DNA of 64,000 bases from Thermoanaerobaculum sp. GTDB lineage: Bacteria > Acidobacteriota > Thermoanaerobaculia > Thermoanaerobaculales > Thermoanaerobaculaceae. Position numbers and translations under genes: made by a program. The DNA lies in assembly GCA_025060245.1 (NCBI GenBank), contig JANXCP010000001.1, positions 244 to 64,243 on the forward strand. Direction: 5' to 3'. Below are positions 43,636 through 55,094 of this stretch, in pieces; positions within the stretch are counted from its first letter, which is position 1; each line of letters opens with the position of its first letter. The notes under the pieces were generated by a model. The model had not been told where the DNA came from and ran no database searches. It saw only the letters and a list, made by a program, of their open reading frames with translations.

Positions 43636-44961
43636 ATGGTGCTGTCAAGGCCCCCGGTTGACGAAAAGAGGGCTGCGATGAGGGTCGTCATCGTGGGGGG
43701 TGGCTTTGGGGGGTTGGCCTTGGCACGGCGGCTGCGCCGGGCCCCGCTGGAGGTGGTGTTGCTGGACCGGCGCAACTTTCACCTCTTCCAGCCGTTGCTG
43801 TATCAGGTGGCCACAGGAGGGTTGTCAGCGGCCAGCGTCTGTACCCCCCTGCGCTACGTGTTCCGCGGGGCCAAGAACGTGCACGTGTGGCTTGCCAAGG
43901 CGGTCGGCCTGGACCCCCGGGCCCGGCGCCTGCAGCTTGCGGACGGAGAGATTGCCTACGATCTCTTGGTGGTGGCTGCGGGCTCTCGTCCCCACTTTTT
44001 TGGCCACAGCCCGTGGGCGCAGGTGGCGTTGCCGTTGAAGACCGTGGAGGATGCAGCGGCCATTCGCAGCCGGGTGTTGGCGGCGTTTGAGCAGGCGGAG
44101 CGAGAGCACGATCCGGAGCAACTTCGTGCCCTCATGACCTTCGCCATCGTCGGCGGTGGGCCTACTGGTGTGGAGTTGGCCGGTGCCCTGGCGGAGGTGG
44201 CACGGTACACCCTGCGGCGGGAGTTCAGGCGGATTGAGCCTTCCTTGGCGCGTATCCTGTTGCTGGAAATGGCGGCGCGCATCCTACCGGGTATGCCGCC
44301 GACCCTTTCCGCGAGGGCTGAAAGGACCCTTCGCCGCCTAGGGGTGGAAGTCCTCACCAACACCCAGGTGGTGGAGGTGAGCCCCGCGGGGCTGCGGGTG
44401 CGCCGGGGAGTGCTGGAGGAAGAGCTGGCCTGCGGCAACGTCCTTTGGGCGGCCGGGGTAGAAGCAGTGCCTTTTGTGCGGGCGGTAGCCCGGGCGACGG
44501 GAGCTGCCACCGACCGCTGGGGCCGGATCCTGGTGAACCCCGATCTTACCGTGCCGGGCTTCCCCGAGATCTTCGTTTTGGGTGATGCCGCGGCCACGCG
44601 CGATGAGAACGGGCAGTTGCTCCCGGCTGTGGCTCCGGTGGCGGTGCAACAGGGCAGGTACGTGAGCCAGCTCATCCGCGCTCGCCTGCGCGGCAAGCCT
44701 CACCCCCCTTTCCGTTACCGCGACTGGGGCTACCTCGCCACGGTGGGGCGACATGAGGCGGTGGGGACGCTGTTCGGGTGGAAGCTTTGGGGGTGGCCCG
44801 CCTGGTTGCTCTGGGCCCTGGTTCACCTGGCCAAGATCGTGGGGTTTGCCAACCGCCTCTTGGTGCTGCTGCAATGGGCTTGGGCCTACCTCACCTTTGG
44901 CCGGACGGCGCGGGTCATGGTGGAGTGGCAGCCCGCCCCCAGCAGCGAGGGAAATAGCTAA
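43636..44961 (+). CDS. ndh: Type II NADH dehydrogenase (NDH-2) / pyridine nucleotide-disulfide oxidoreductase
   Basis: VVIVGGGFGGLALARRL and IVGGGPTGVELAGAL dinucleotide folds. FVLGDAA motif. The ATG at 43678 (MRVVIVGGG) is a plausible true start. Confidence 0.85.
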   Translation: MVLSRPPVDEKRAAMRVVIVGGGFGGLALARRLRRAPLEVVLLDRRNFHLFQPLLYQVATGGLSAASVCTPLRYVFRGAKNVHVWLAKAVGLDPRARRLQLADGEIAYDLLVVAAGSRPHFFGHSPWAQVALPLKTVEDAAAIRSRVLAAFEQAEREHDPEQLRALMTFAIVGGGPTGVELAGALAEVARYTLRREFRRIEPSLARILLLEMAARILPGMPPTLSARAERTLRRLGVEVLTNTQVVEVSPAGLRVRRGVLEEELACGNVLWAAGVEAVPFVRAVARATGAATDRWGRILVNPDLTVPGFPEIFVLGDAAATRDENGQLLPAVAPVAVQQGRYVSQLIRARLRGKPHPPFRYRDWGYLATVGRHEAVGTLFGWKLWGWPAWLLWALVHLAKIVGFANRLLVLLQWAWAYLTFGRTARVMVEWQPAPSSEGNS

Positions 44962-45168
44962 GCTTGTGAGCCCCGTGGGCGGCCCCAAGCTTGGCTAGGC
45001 GAGAAGCCGGGGTTGGGCTTGGTGCGCCCTGCCCATCGGGCACCGTTCTCTCCGTGGCCTTTGGCGCCTTCCCCGCTAACCTGCAGCCGCTGCAGTGGCG
45101 AAGGGGTGTGCGGTGGCGCGGCGAGGGATGGTGACCCCTGCCGCTGGTAGAATGCCGCGGGGGCGCAT

Positions 45169-46608
45169 ATGGAGCGCATTTTCCTCGGTAAGGGCGAACG
45201 GGAGGTCTTCTTTTTGCTGCCCATGGCCTGTCGCCACGGGCTCATCGCCGGTGCCACGGGGACCGGGAAAACGGTGACCCTGCAGTTGTTGGCCGAGGGG
45301 TTTTCCCGCGCTGGCGTGCCGGTGTTGGCCACCGATGTGAAGGGTGACCTGGCGGGTTTGGCCATGCCTGGCGCCACCAAGGAGGCCCTGGTGCGCCGTG
45401 CCCAGGAGTTGGGCCTTGGGTCTTACCGGGGTGAGGGCTTCCCAGTAATTTTTTGGGACGTGTTTGGGCAGCAAGGGCACCCGGTCCGGGCCACGGTTTC
45501 CGATTTGGGTCCGCTCCTGTTGTCCCGGCTCCTGCAGCTTTCCGAGGCCCAAGAGGGGGCCCTCAATACCGCCTTCCATTGGGCCGACACTCAGGGGCTC
45601 TTGCTTTTGGATTTCAAGGACTTGGATGCGCTCCTCAACCATTTGGCAACGAACAAACAGGTGGACCTTCCCGCCTCGGTGCCCAGCTCCAGCCTGGGTG
45701 CCATTCAAAGACGCCTGTTGGTGCTGAAGCAACAAGGGGCGGAAGCCTTCCTTGGCGAGCCCATGCTGGAGGTGGAGGATTTGTTCTTGACCGACTCGCA
45801 GGGGCGCGGGGCGGTGCACCTTTTGGCCTGCGATCGTCTCTTTCAAAATCCGCGCCTCTACGCCACGGCACTGTTGTGGCTGCTGGCCGAGCTGTATGAG
45901 AACCTCCCCGAAGTGGGGGATCTACCCAAACCCAAGTTGGTGCTGTTCTTTGATGAGGCGCACCTGCTGTTTGAAGACGCCCCGAAAGCCTTGGTGGAGA
46001 AAATTGAACAGGTGGTGCGATTGGTGCGCTCCAAAGGCGTGGGGGTGTACTTCGTCACGCAAAACCCGCTGGACATTCCCGACCCCATTGCCGCGCAGCT
46101 GGGCCACCGGGTGCAGCATGCCCTGCGCGCTTTCGCGCCAAAGGAGCAGAAGACGGTGAAGGTGGTGGCGGAGACCTTCCGTCCCAACCCACCCCTGGAC
46201 CCCGCCGCTGTGGTCACCCAATTGGGCATTGGGGAGGCGCTGGTCTCGGTCTTGGACGAGACGGGGACCCCGACGCCGGTGGAGCGGATCAAAATTGCTC
46301 CCCCGGTGTCCCGGGTGGGAGCGTTGAGTGCCGAGGAACGGAGTCGTAGTTACGCCACGAGCCCCTTGAAGGGCAAGTACGAGCGGGTGGTGGACCGGGA
46401 AAGCGCCTTTGAAGCCCTCCAGGAAAGGCCGGCAGTCCCGGAGATGGGGTGGAGCTGGGGCCGGACCGCGCCCCGCCCCACCGGGATGGGGCGGCGGGGC
46501 GACACGTTGGCCGAGGCCCTGCTCAAGAGCGCCGCTCGGTCCGTGGGGAGTAGTCTTGGACGGCAGATTGTACGTGGCGTGTTGGGCTCCATCCTACGAG
46601 GTCGTTAG
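45169..46608 (+). CDS. HerA-like P-loop ATPase, DUF853 (YjgR) family
   Basis: CRHGLIAGATGTGKTVTLQLLAEGFSRAGVPVLATDVKGDLAGL is the family N-terminal signature. The Walker B context is LVLFFDEAHLLF. Confidence 0.85.
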   Translation: MERIFLGKGEREVFFLLPMACRHGLIAGATGTGKTVTLQLLAEGFSRAGVPVLATDVKGDLAGLAMPGATKEALVRRAQELGLGSYRGEGFPVIFWDVFGQQGHPVRATVSDLGPLLLSRLLQLSEAQEGALNTAFHWADTQGLLLLDFKDLDALLNHLATNKQVDLPASVPSSSLGAIQRRLLVLKQQGAEAFLGEPMLEVEDLFLTDSQGRGAVHLLACDRLFQNPRLYATALLWLLAELYENLPEVGDLPKPKLVLFFDEAHLLFEDAPKALVEKIEQVVRLVRSKGVGVYFVTQNPLDIPDPIAAQLGHRVQHALRAFAPKEQKTVKVVAETFRPNPPLDPAAVVTQLGIGEALVSVLDETGTPTPVERIKIAPPVSRVGALSAEERSRSYATSPLKGKYERVVDRESAFEALQERPAVPEMGWSWGRTAPRPTGMGRRGDTLAEALLKSAARSVGSSLGRQIVRGVLGSILRGR

Positions 46609-46652
46609 CCGGCTCCTCCCTTTCCACGCCAAAACCCTCGTGCCCCTGGGCA

Positions 46653-48863
46653 CTAGATCAACCAGTTGTAGGAAACCTTGAGGAACAGCGTGCGACCCAT
46701 GGTGACGGCTTTGATCTGGTCGTTGCCTCGGAGGTTCGTATCGTAACCGAAGAAAAGCAGGCTTTGCGGGTTGAGCTTGTAGGCAAAGAGCAGCTGCACC
46801 CCGGTCTTCTTGCTCCTTGGCGCGGGAGGATCGCGGTACAGCTGCGGCCGGTGCACCACGCGGGTTTCCTGGAAGATGAGGCGCAGGTAGCTGCGGGTGG
46901 AAAAGTGGTACCAGCTGCGCCAGGAAGCTACCAGGGCGTGGTAGAGCTCGCCTTGATTGACCCGCAGCCGTTCTCCCACGAAATCCCCTTGGAGGTACAA
47001 CCGGCGGCCAATGTTCCAGGTAAAGCCGGGGGAAAGGCGGACGAGCCTCGCCCCCTGGGAGTTGACGTAGTCCACCGTATCACCCGCCTCCACCCCCAGG
47101 GAAGAGGTGAAGGCGCCGGAAAAACGCACGTTGCCAAAAAGCCTTAGTCGATGGCCACGGTACTCGGTTCCTTGCCACACTTCGCTGAAGCGCCAAACCC
47201 GCACAAACACCATGGACTGTAAGGGACCCGCGTAGCGCCCCATCACCGCCACGCGGCGGTTGAGTAGGTTGCCCTGCTGGTCCTCCCACTCCTCCACCTC
47301 ACCTCCCAGGGAAAGGCGGGAGTAAAAGCTGTTGGGCGTACCCCAAAAAACGCGTTGCCCTCCCACTTCGTAACCGCGGGTCCCCACCTGGGGAAGAAAG
47401 CCCAGGTCGGCTCGAAAGCCTTCCTCCACATTGCGGAAGAAGGCCCAGGCCTCCCAATGCCGACTCTCGTGGCTGGCGTGGAGCTGCCAGGCGTCTCCCT
47501 CCAGGGTTTTCTCCCTTAAGGAAGGGTCTAGTTCCGCCAGGCGCGGGTACCGGGTTTGCGAGCGCAGCAGCTGGAACTGCACCCGGGTACTTTCGGAAAA
47601 GCGCAACATGCCATCCAGGCCAGCAAGACGGTTCCAGTAGCCTGCAGCTTGGCGAAAGGTCGCCACGGCCCCGAGAACTGAGGAACGCCCCAGGTCGTAA
47701 CGGTAGCGCAGCACCCCGGCATCGGAAGGTTGTGGCAGGGTGGTTTGGGAGGATTCCCGAACCCCGGGGAGGAGCAAGTTGGTGATCTCGTCGCGCACCG
47801 CGAGAAAACCCAGGGCACTTCGGCCCTCTTTACCGGTAAGCTTGATCCCCCACTGGGGATCCGCCAGGCTGCGGGTGTGCACGATGTGCATGGGGGTGGC
47901 GAAGTTTTCCGCCCCTTCCAGAAAAAATGGCCGCTTTTCTGGGTAAAAGAGGGCAAAGGTGCGGTTCACCTCCAGCTGTGCCGCGTCCGCTTCCACCTGG
48001 GAAAAGTCGGGATTGACGGTGGCCGTAAGGGAAAGGTTAGAGGTCAGCCCCCACAGCAGGGAAAACCCCGTATCACCGCGGCGGGACCTCGGGCTCATCC
48101 TTGGCTCTTGCATGGCCTCTCGCCGCTGGGATTGGAAGCCGGCAAAGCTGGGGTTCAGCTCCAGCCGGCGGCCAGGGGTGGCGGAGGCAAAGCCCGAAAG
48201 CTCGGGAAACTGGCATACGGTACAGGCGTTGTTGCGGTCTACGGGGGCGGAAGCTAACAAGCGCCGCAAGGAGCGGGGATAGGCCCGCATGGCCACAAAC
48301 CCCCACCGTTTGGGCCCCGGATGGGAAGGGAAGCGCAAGGCGGCAAAGGGGATGGCCATTTCCACCTCGTACCCTTGCGGGGTAATCCGTCCTGCCGCCT
48401 CCCAGATGGCGTCAAAGGTAAAGTCTTCCGGGTCTTCAGTGGCGGTTTCGCTGCGAATGGCATCCGCCTGCACTCCCAAGGGGTTGACCAGGAACTCGTA
48501 CGCTTTCCGTTTGTCGGCAAAGGTATCCAACATGAAGCCGACGAAGTCGTCGCGGAAGAGCCGATCGCGGTCCGAGAGGTGGGCGCGGATTTCCGCGGGG
48601 TTGGGGTCGTCAGCGAGAAATCCCACGAACAGAGCTTGCGGAGTGGACAGCAGCAAGCAGGTGGTGCGCACAGGTGCCGGGGTATTTTCCCCGGGATCAA
48701 TTTCGAAGGGCAAGTCCACCACCAACGCCTGTTGCCATACCGGCTCATCCAAATAGCCGTCCACGCGGATGGTGGACACCACCTCCGGAACGTCAAGGAC
48801 TTGTGCTTGTGCCATCGATTTTAACAGCATCGCCAGAGCCAAAAGCCCCAACCAACACTTCAT
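46653..48863 (-). CDS. Outer-membrane/secreted protein with a CBM9-like N-domain and a DUF5916-like beta region
   Basis: Signal peptide MKCWLGLLALAMLLKSMAQA. VDGYLDEPVWQQALVVDLPFEIDPGENTPAP is CBM9/DOMON-like. A long beta-rich C-terminus ends in an aromatic-rich tail (LKVSYNWLI). The RBS is GGGAGGAGAGGGG. Confidence 0.7.
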   Translation of the reverse strand: MKCWLGLLALAMLLKSMAQAQVLDVPEVVSTIRVDGYLDEPVWQQALVVDLPFEIDPGENTPAPVRTTCLLLSTPQALFVGFLADDPNPAEIRAHLSDRDRLFRDDFVGFMLDTFADKRKAYEFLVNPLGVQADAIRSETATEDPEDFTFDAIWEAAGRITPQGYEVEMAIPFAALRFPSHPGPKRWGFVAMRAYPRSLRRLLASAPVDRNNACTVCQFPELSGFASATPGRRLELNPSFAGFQSQRREAMQEPRMSPRSRRGDTGFSLLWGLTSNLSLTATVNPDFSQVEADAAQLEVNRTFALFYPEKRPFFLEGAENFATPMHIVHTRSLADPQWGIKLTGKEGRSALGFLAVRDEITNLLLPGVRESSQTTLPQPSDAGVLRYRYDLGRSSVLGAVATFRQAAGYWNRLAGLDGMLRFSESTRVQFQLLRSQTRYPRLAELDPSLREKTLEGDAWQLHASHESRHWEAWAFFRNVEEGFRADLGFLPQVGTRGYEVGGQRVFWGTPNSFYSRLSLGGEVEEWEDQQGNLLNRRVAVMGRYAGPLQSMVFVRVWRFSEVWQGTEYRGHRLRLFGNVRFSGAFTSSLGVEAGDTVDYVNSQGARLVRLSPGFTWNIGRRLYLQGDFVGERLRVNQGELYHALVASWRSWYHFSTRSYLRLIFQETRVVHRPQLYRDPPAPRSKKTGVQLLFAYKLNPQSLLFFGYDTNLRGNDQIKAVTMGRTLFLKVSYNWLI

Positions 48864-48939
48864 CCCCTCTCCTCCCAAGGTCCAGAAAGCCGGGTTCGCT
48901 ACCCGGCTCATCCATTAAACGGTTTGGCTGCTCTCGGGT

Positions 48940-50397
48940 TTAAGCGGCGGGCAAATCCCCTTCACCGAAGACCTGGGCCGTAAAGACGGCGTACTCGGCG
49001 CTGGTCCATGCCTCGGCTGGCAGTCCTGCCTTTTGCGCCAAGCGGGAAAGAAAGGTAGGCAAGTCCCACCCCGTTTCTACCGCCACCTGGGGGAGGAACA
49101 CCGCGTTGTGCCGGCCCTTTTTCAAGACCACGCCGTGTTCCCCCAAGCGAATGGCGGACGGCCCTGGGATGGGTTGGGGGGGTGAGAGCACCGAAATTTC
49201 CACCTCTACGTGGGCCAGCTCAGCGGCTTCGACGCGGGGGAACCGTGGGTCGTAGAGGACCTCCACCGCGGCGCGGACCACCGTGTCCAGCAACGTCCCT
49301 ATGGGCTCCAGCAACCCAATACACCCACGCAGTTTTTTCTCCCATCGGGTGTGCAGGGTGACAAAAGCACCCAAGGGGGCAAGAAAGGCGGGGGTGAGGG
49401 GGTGGGTTGCAAACCAATGGGCCACCTGTTCCCGGCGGGTGAGATGGGTTTCCATCACCGCCCGGGCCAGCTCCAGAAGGCTTTTTTGCTCGCTCCCATC
49501 AAGAGGCCTGCTGGCGGCTGGCGGGAGGTCCCGCCACGCCCGCCATTGACCAAAAAAGCCCGTGGCCACATAGGTCACCACCTGCTGCCAGTCCTGGCTG
49601 ACCTCGTCTGACGTGCTCACGTGCAGCACCTGGCCCCGGCCGGTAAAGGCGTGGTGGAGGAGTTGCAGTAGCACGGTGATGGGCTTGGCCCCACAAACAC
49701 TGTCCTGGCTCACCTCCACCTGGTGCCAAAACCCGCGCACATCCAACGCCGCGGCCCGCCCCGCCGTGGTTTCTGCCCGTCGCTTCAAAAGGCTCCCCAG
49801 CTCCCGCGTTTCGGGATAAACCACGTAGCCGTAGGGGCGCCCGTGATGGGTAAAGTCGGAGGAGACCACGATGACGGTGTCCGCAGCAACCACCGACACC
49901 AGAGCTTGAGCGATTTCCTCGGTTTGATCGAAAGTGGTTTGGTTGCCAATCAGAACCGGCACAATGGCGGCTTGGGGTGCTTGCGTTTGCACGAAGGGTA
50001 ACTCCACTTCCAGACAGTGCTCCGGCTCGTGGGCTTGCGCTGGACCGGCAAAAAGGGCGTGTTCCCGAAGCAGTTCCACAGCCTCAACATCCACGGGAAC
50101 TTCGCCGAGGGGCGTGGCAAAGGCGGCCACCCCCTCTGCCGGCAGGGCGGCACCCGCAAAGGAGCGGTAATGAGAGGGCCCTAAGAGCACCACGCGCCGC
50201 GCCTCCCGCGGCAAGTGGGCCAAGGCAACGCCCGCGGTGGCCCCGGAGTAAAGGTAGCCGGCATGGGGGGCGATCAAGGCTGCGGCTGGGGCTCGTTCCC
50301 GCTCTTGCCCGATAAACTGCATCACCTGGTCGCGCAACCTGACCGGGGAGGAAGGGTAAAAGGAGCCGGCCACAGCGGGGGGCCGTACGGGGCTCAT
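48940..50397 (-). CDS. Fusion protein: Memo-like (AmmeMemoRadiSam protein B) N-terminal domain plus AMMECR1 (protein A) C-terminal domain
   Basis: The N-terminus has AVAGSFYPSSP and APHAGYLYSGATAG (Memo). The C-terminus has GAFVTLHT....LRGCIG and AVFLPQVAVETGW (AMMECR1). The ATG at 50397 overlaps the upstream TGA (ATGA). Confidence 0.85.
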   Translation of the reverse strand: MSPVRPPAVAGSFYPSSPVRLRDQVMQFIGQERERAPAAALIAPHAGYLYSGATAGVALAHLPREARRVVLLGPSHYRSFAGAALPAEGVAAFATPLGEVPVDVEAVELLREHALFAGPAQAHEPEHCLEVELPFVQTQAPQAAIVPVLIGNQTTFDQTEEIAQALVSVVAADTVIVVSSDFTHHGRPYGYVVYPETRELGSLLKRRAETTAGRAAALDVRGFWHQVEVSQDSVCGAKPITVLLQLLHHAFTGRGQVLHVSTSDEVSQDWQQVVTYVATGFFGQWRAWRDLPPAASRPLDGSEQKSLLELARAVMETHLTRREQVAHWFATHPLTPAFLAPLGAFVTLHTRWEKKLRGCIGLLEPIGTLLDTVVRAAVEVLYDPRFPRVEAAELAHVEVEISVLSPPQPIPGPSAIRLGEHGVVLKKGRHNAVFLPQVAVETGWDLPTFLSRLAQKAGLPAEAWTSAEYAVFTAQVFGEGDLPAA

Positions 50398-51785
50398 GGT
50401 TGACTCCTCCCGCCCACAGGAATAAACCCTGACCGCACCTTTGGCAACCAGCGGTCGGCCAGCCAAACCAAGAGGGACCATGCCAAGGCGGGGAAGATGG
50501 GTTCCAGGTTGAGGGGGTACCCACCCTCCCCTCCCTGGAGGATCCACCAGGCCGCTCCCGCCGCCGACCCCAAAACTGCCACCAGCGCGCCCCGCGGCGA
50601 GTAACGCCGTCTTGCCGGTCCGTGGGCCAGGACCAGCGGAACCAGGAGGGCAGAGGTGACGATGCTACCCAGGTGGTGCCAGATGAGGACCACGCTGCCC
50701 AAGGAAAGGGCCAAGAGGGAGGCGATAGCTCCCACCATCACCAGGCATACCCCTACCCATAAGCGCTCCCAGCCGCGGGCTTGGGGTGGGAGCAGGTCAT
50801 GGCCGGCCGTGGAGGCGGCGAGGAAAAGGTAGGAATGGGCGGTGGAGGACACGGTGGCAAAAAGGCCCACGGCAAAGACGGCGTTGAGCCAAGGGGAAAG
50901 GAGGAGGTTCCCCAGGGCGGGATAGGCCAAGCCCGGATCGGCCAAGTTTGGCACCAACACCCGGGCTGCCAGGCCGGAGAAGGTGGTGAGGAAGTCAAAC
51001 AGCACCCAAAAGAGCACCGACAGCAGCACCCCCACCCGCGCCACCCGCGGGGTGGAAGCGGCGTAACAGCGCTGGTAAAAGCTGGGCTCCACCAGGGTTT
51101 GCAAGGCAATGACGTACCACACGGCGATGGCTTGCAGGGGGAGACCACCGGTAAGGGTTTTGTGGGAAGCTGGCAGCGCGTTCCACAGCGCCGCCCACCC
51201 GCCAATCTGCGCCAGCGCCGTGGGCAAGATAAGCAGGAACGCCGCATACATGAGAACAAACTGCACCAGGTTCGCCCGCACCACCGTGCGGAAGCCGCCA
51301 AACATCACCGAAAAGACGGTAAAAGCTGTGGCCCCCACCACCCCCAGGTGGCGAGGCACTCCCAGGTACACCTCCAGGAGCTGGCCGAGCATCAGCGTAT
51401 AGGCTGCCGGGGTGGCCATGAGCAGCACCAGCACCGCGCCCACGCGGGCGGTGGTGGGCCCATAGCTGGCCTTCAGCTGTTCGGGAATGGACAGCACCGC
51501 ACTGGCGCGCACCCGGGCTGCCAGTCCAAAGGCAAAGAGCAAGGCTGCGAGGTAGTAGGGGACACCAAAAACCATCCAGTTGGCCAAGCCGTAACGGTAA
51601 GAAAACTCACCAACTCCCAGCACCCCCCCGTACCAAGTGGCCACCAATGTGGCCACGAAGGGGACCAGGGTGAGGCGCCGGCCCGCCAAGAGGTAGTCCA
51701 GCAGCTGTGCCGTTCGCGACTTCCGATCCAGCACGAGCAGGACCGCGCCGTAAAGGACCAGCCCTACCAGAACCGGGAGGTTCAC
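50394..51785 (-). CDS. Sodium:solute symporter (SSS) family transporter
   Basis: 463 aa with about 12-13 TM helices. N-terminal pattern DYLLAGRRLTLVPFVATLVATWYGG. Its GTG start overlaps the upstream stop (GTGA). Confidence 0.85.
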   Translation of the reverse strand: MNLPVLVGLVLYGAVLLVLDRKSRTAQLLDYLLAGRRLTLVPFVATLVATWYGGVLGVGEFSYRYGLANWMVFGVPYYLAALLFAFGLAARVRASAVLSIPEQLKASYGPTTARVGAVLVLLMATPAAYTLMLGQLLEVYLGVPRHLGVVGATAFTVFSVMFGGFRTVVRANLVQFVLMYAAFLLILPTALAQIGGWAALWNALPASHKTLTGGLPLQAIAVWYVIALQTLVEPSFYQRCYAASTPRVARVGVLLSVLFWVLFDFLTTFSGLAARVLVPNLADPGLAYPALGNLLLSPWLNAVFAVGLFATVSSTAHSYLFLAASTAGHDLLPPQARGWERLWVGVCLVMVGAIASLLALSLGSVVLIWHHLGSIVTSALLVPLVLAHGPARRRYSPRGALVAVLGSAAGAAWWILQGGEGGYPLNLEPIFPALAWSLLVWLADRWLPKVRSGFIPVGGRSQP

Positions 51786-53572
51786 CGCTTGGTCCCAAGG
51801 GCAGCCCTGGGGCGTTTGTTTGGCGGACTAAGAGCCTGGAGGATGGCGAAGAAGACTTCCGTGTTCTCGTGCACCCCCGCCAGCGCCTGGGCGCCGGGAC
51901 CCAGGGCAGCCAGCGGGACTTCCACTGCCGTGTGGAGACCTCGGTCGGGGGCGTACCCCTGCTCCGGCACGGTCACCTCGCTCACTCCGGTGTACAGCAC
52001 ACCGGTGGAGCCGTCCTTTTCCGGGTTGGCATGGACGCGCTTGTCGGGGCCCGCCTTGGCCGGGGCCACAGGCTTGTTCTGCGAGCGGAAGTCGTCGTAG
52101 TGGTCCGGGGCGGCGCCAAAGTGCACCACCACCTTTTTCGCCGGGTCTGGGTTGTCGGGGTAGCCGTCGCCGTTGGCGTCCGCAGCTTCAGGAAAACCAA
52201 GGCGGTCATAGGTGGCCACCTGGTCTCGGGTGCCGATGCGCTCCGGGTCGGTGACCCCGGGGAGCACCACGCCACCCGTTTCATGGTCGGCGGTGAGGAT
52301 CACGAGGGTGTCGTTGGTGGGGTCCGCGTCGCCGTTGGTTTTCGCGGCAAACTCCAGGGCCACCTGGAGGGCCTGGTCCAAGTTATACACTTCCCAGAGC
52401 ATGCGCTCGGCGTCCAGCATGTGGGCTTGTTTGTCAATGAGTGCTGCTTCTACCAGCAGGAAGAAGCCAAAAGGGTTTTGCCCCAGGACTTGGATGGCGG
52501 CGCGGGTCATCGCCGCCAAGGAGGGTTGGTCGGCAGACTCCCCCACCACCGCTGGATCCCCCCGGCGCTGCAGGTCAAAGGGGGAGTGCATGTGGCGTTC
52601 GGCAAAGAGTCCGAGGATCTTGGAGGGTTTGGACTTCACGGCCGCCTCCAGCTCGGTTTGCGAGAAGACCTGGACAAAACCGCGCTGGGCAAAGGATGGG
52701 AGGAGGTTGGGGCTGGAAAAGGTCTTCTTTCCTCCGCCCAGAAGCACGTGAACTCCGCACTCGTCGCTGGCCTGTAGGATTTGCTGGGCAATTCGGGCAG
52801 CCTCCCCGCGGTCAGCCACGTGGGCCAGGAAGGCGGCGGGCGTCGCGTCGGTGAGGTCGGCATCGCTAACCAACCCCGACACCATCCCTCGGGTGCGGTG
52901 CAAGAGGCAGGGCAAGGTTTCCACCCGCGGGTTGTCCCCATCGTCGGCGGTGGCGTCAGGAAACACCCCCATCATGCCGTTGGCGGTCTTCGTCCCGGTG
53001 GCGAAAGCGTGGGCTGCCGCTGCGGAGTCGGTGACGAACCCGGAAAGGGAGCTGGTCAGCAAGGCCCCAGCGACGGGTAAGGTGTCCATGCGCAGCCAAC
53101 CTCGGCTCTTGCCCCCCTCAAACCCAAACAGGAACGCTCGTGCGGCTGTGCGATGGGCAAACCCAAACCCATCCCCCACCAAGAGCACCACGTGCCGCAC
53201 CCGTCCCTCCGGCTTCGGCCACCCCAGGGCGCGGAACTCCCTCCGCGCAACCGCCACCACCTGCGGCGGCTCCTGGCCTCCCCCCGGCTTGAGCAGGCGA
53301 AACTCCAGGACGTGAGTCCCCGGACGGTCCACCGTCACCGCGGTTGCCACAAAACGGGTTCCCACCGCTGCTCCTGGCAGCGGCTGACCGTTGAGGCTGA
53401 CCTGCCAGGTCAGACTTTGGATCGGTTCCCCCTCGGCCTGCACGTCAAAACGTTGACCCACGGCCAGGGTGCTGGCCGGGGGTGGGCTGATGATGTTGAT
53501 GCTCTGCCCCTCGGCCGTCCAGGCAAAAAGAAGCCAAGCCAGGGCTGCAGACGGAGGAAAGAAAGACCTCAT
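51782..53572 (-). CDS. Secreted PhoA-family alkaline phosphatase with an N-terminal Ig-like extension
   Basis: Signal peptide MRSFFPPSAALAWLLFAWTAEG. VVLLVGDGFG, VTDSAAAAHAFATG (nucleophile Ser), EAALIDKQAH and LTADHETGG. The RBS GGGAGGTGG lies before the ATG at 53572. Confidence 0.85.
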   Translation of the reverse strand: MRSFFPPSAALAWLLFAWTAEGQSINIISPPPASTLAVGQRFDVQAEGEPIQSLTWQVSLNGQPLPGAAVGTRFVATAVTVDRPGTHVLEFRLLKPGGGQEPPQVVAVARREFRALGWPKPEGRVRHVVLLVGDGFGFAHRTAARAFLFGFEGGKSRGWLRMDTLPVAGALLTSSLSGFVTDSAAAAHAFATGTKTANGMMGVFPDATADDGDNPRVETLPCLLHRTRGMVSGLVSDADLTDATPAAFLAHVADRGEAARIAQQILQASDECGVHVLLGGGKKTFSSPNLLPSFAQRGFVQVFSQTELEAAVKSKPSKILGLFAERHMHSPFDLQRRGDPAVVGESADQPSLAAMTRAAIQVLGQNPFGFFLLVEAALIDKQAHMLDAERMLWEVYNLDQALQVALEFAAKTNGDADPTNDTLVILTADHETGGVVLPGVTDPERIGTRDQVATYDRLGFPEAADANGDGYPDNPDPAKKVVVHFGAAPDHYDDFRSQNKPVAPAKAGPDKRVHANPEKDGSTGVLYTGVSEVTVPEQGYAPDRGLHTAVEVPLAALGPGAQALAGVHENTEVFFAILQALSPPNKRPRAALGTKR

Positions 53573-53596
53573 GGCCACCTCCCGCGGCAATGGTAG

Positions 53597-54997
<1,401 letters not shown>

Positions 54998-55094
54998 CGC
55001 CACCGTCAGAGCCAGGTCTGCCTTGAATTAATCGCCACCCGAGAAAACTTGTGGGTTTCCAGGGACACCCAGCGTCGCGTACCTGGTGAGGGTC

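Noticed and set aside
45169-46608. The HerA-like ATPase as part of an anti-phage defence system.
   Set aside because: It is the stand-alone DUF853/YjgR type. Its neighbours (NDH-2 and a CBM9-like outer-membrane protein) are unrelated. There is no adjacent nuclease, Sir2 or other effector gene.
50781-52777. Two long plus-strand ORFs (439 aa and 356 aa).
   Set aside because: They are antisense to the SSS transporter and alkaline phosphatase genes, whose motifs are clear. Their composition is typical of GC-rich antisense frames. The same reasoning applies to 27676-28770, 34413-35507, 4751-5851, 13476-14303, 23218-24055, 33480-34322 and 44338-44988.
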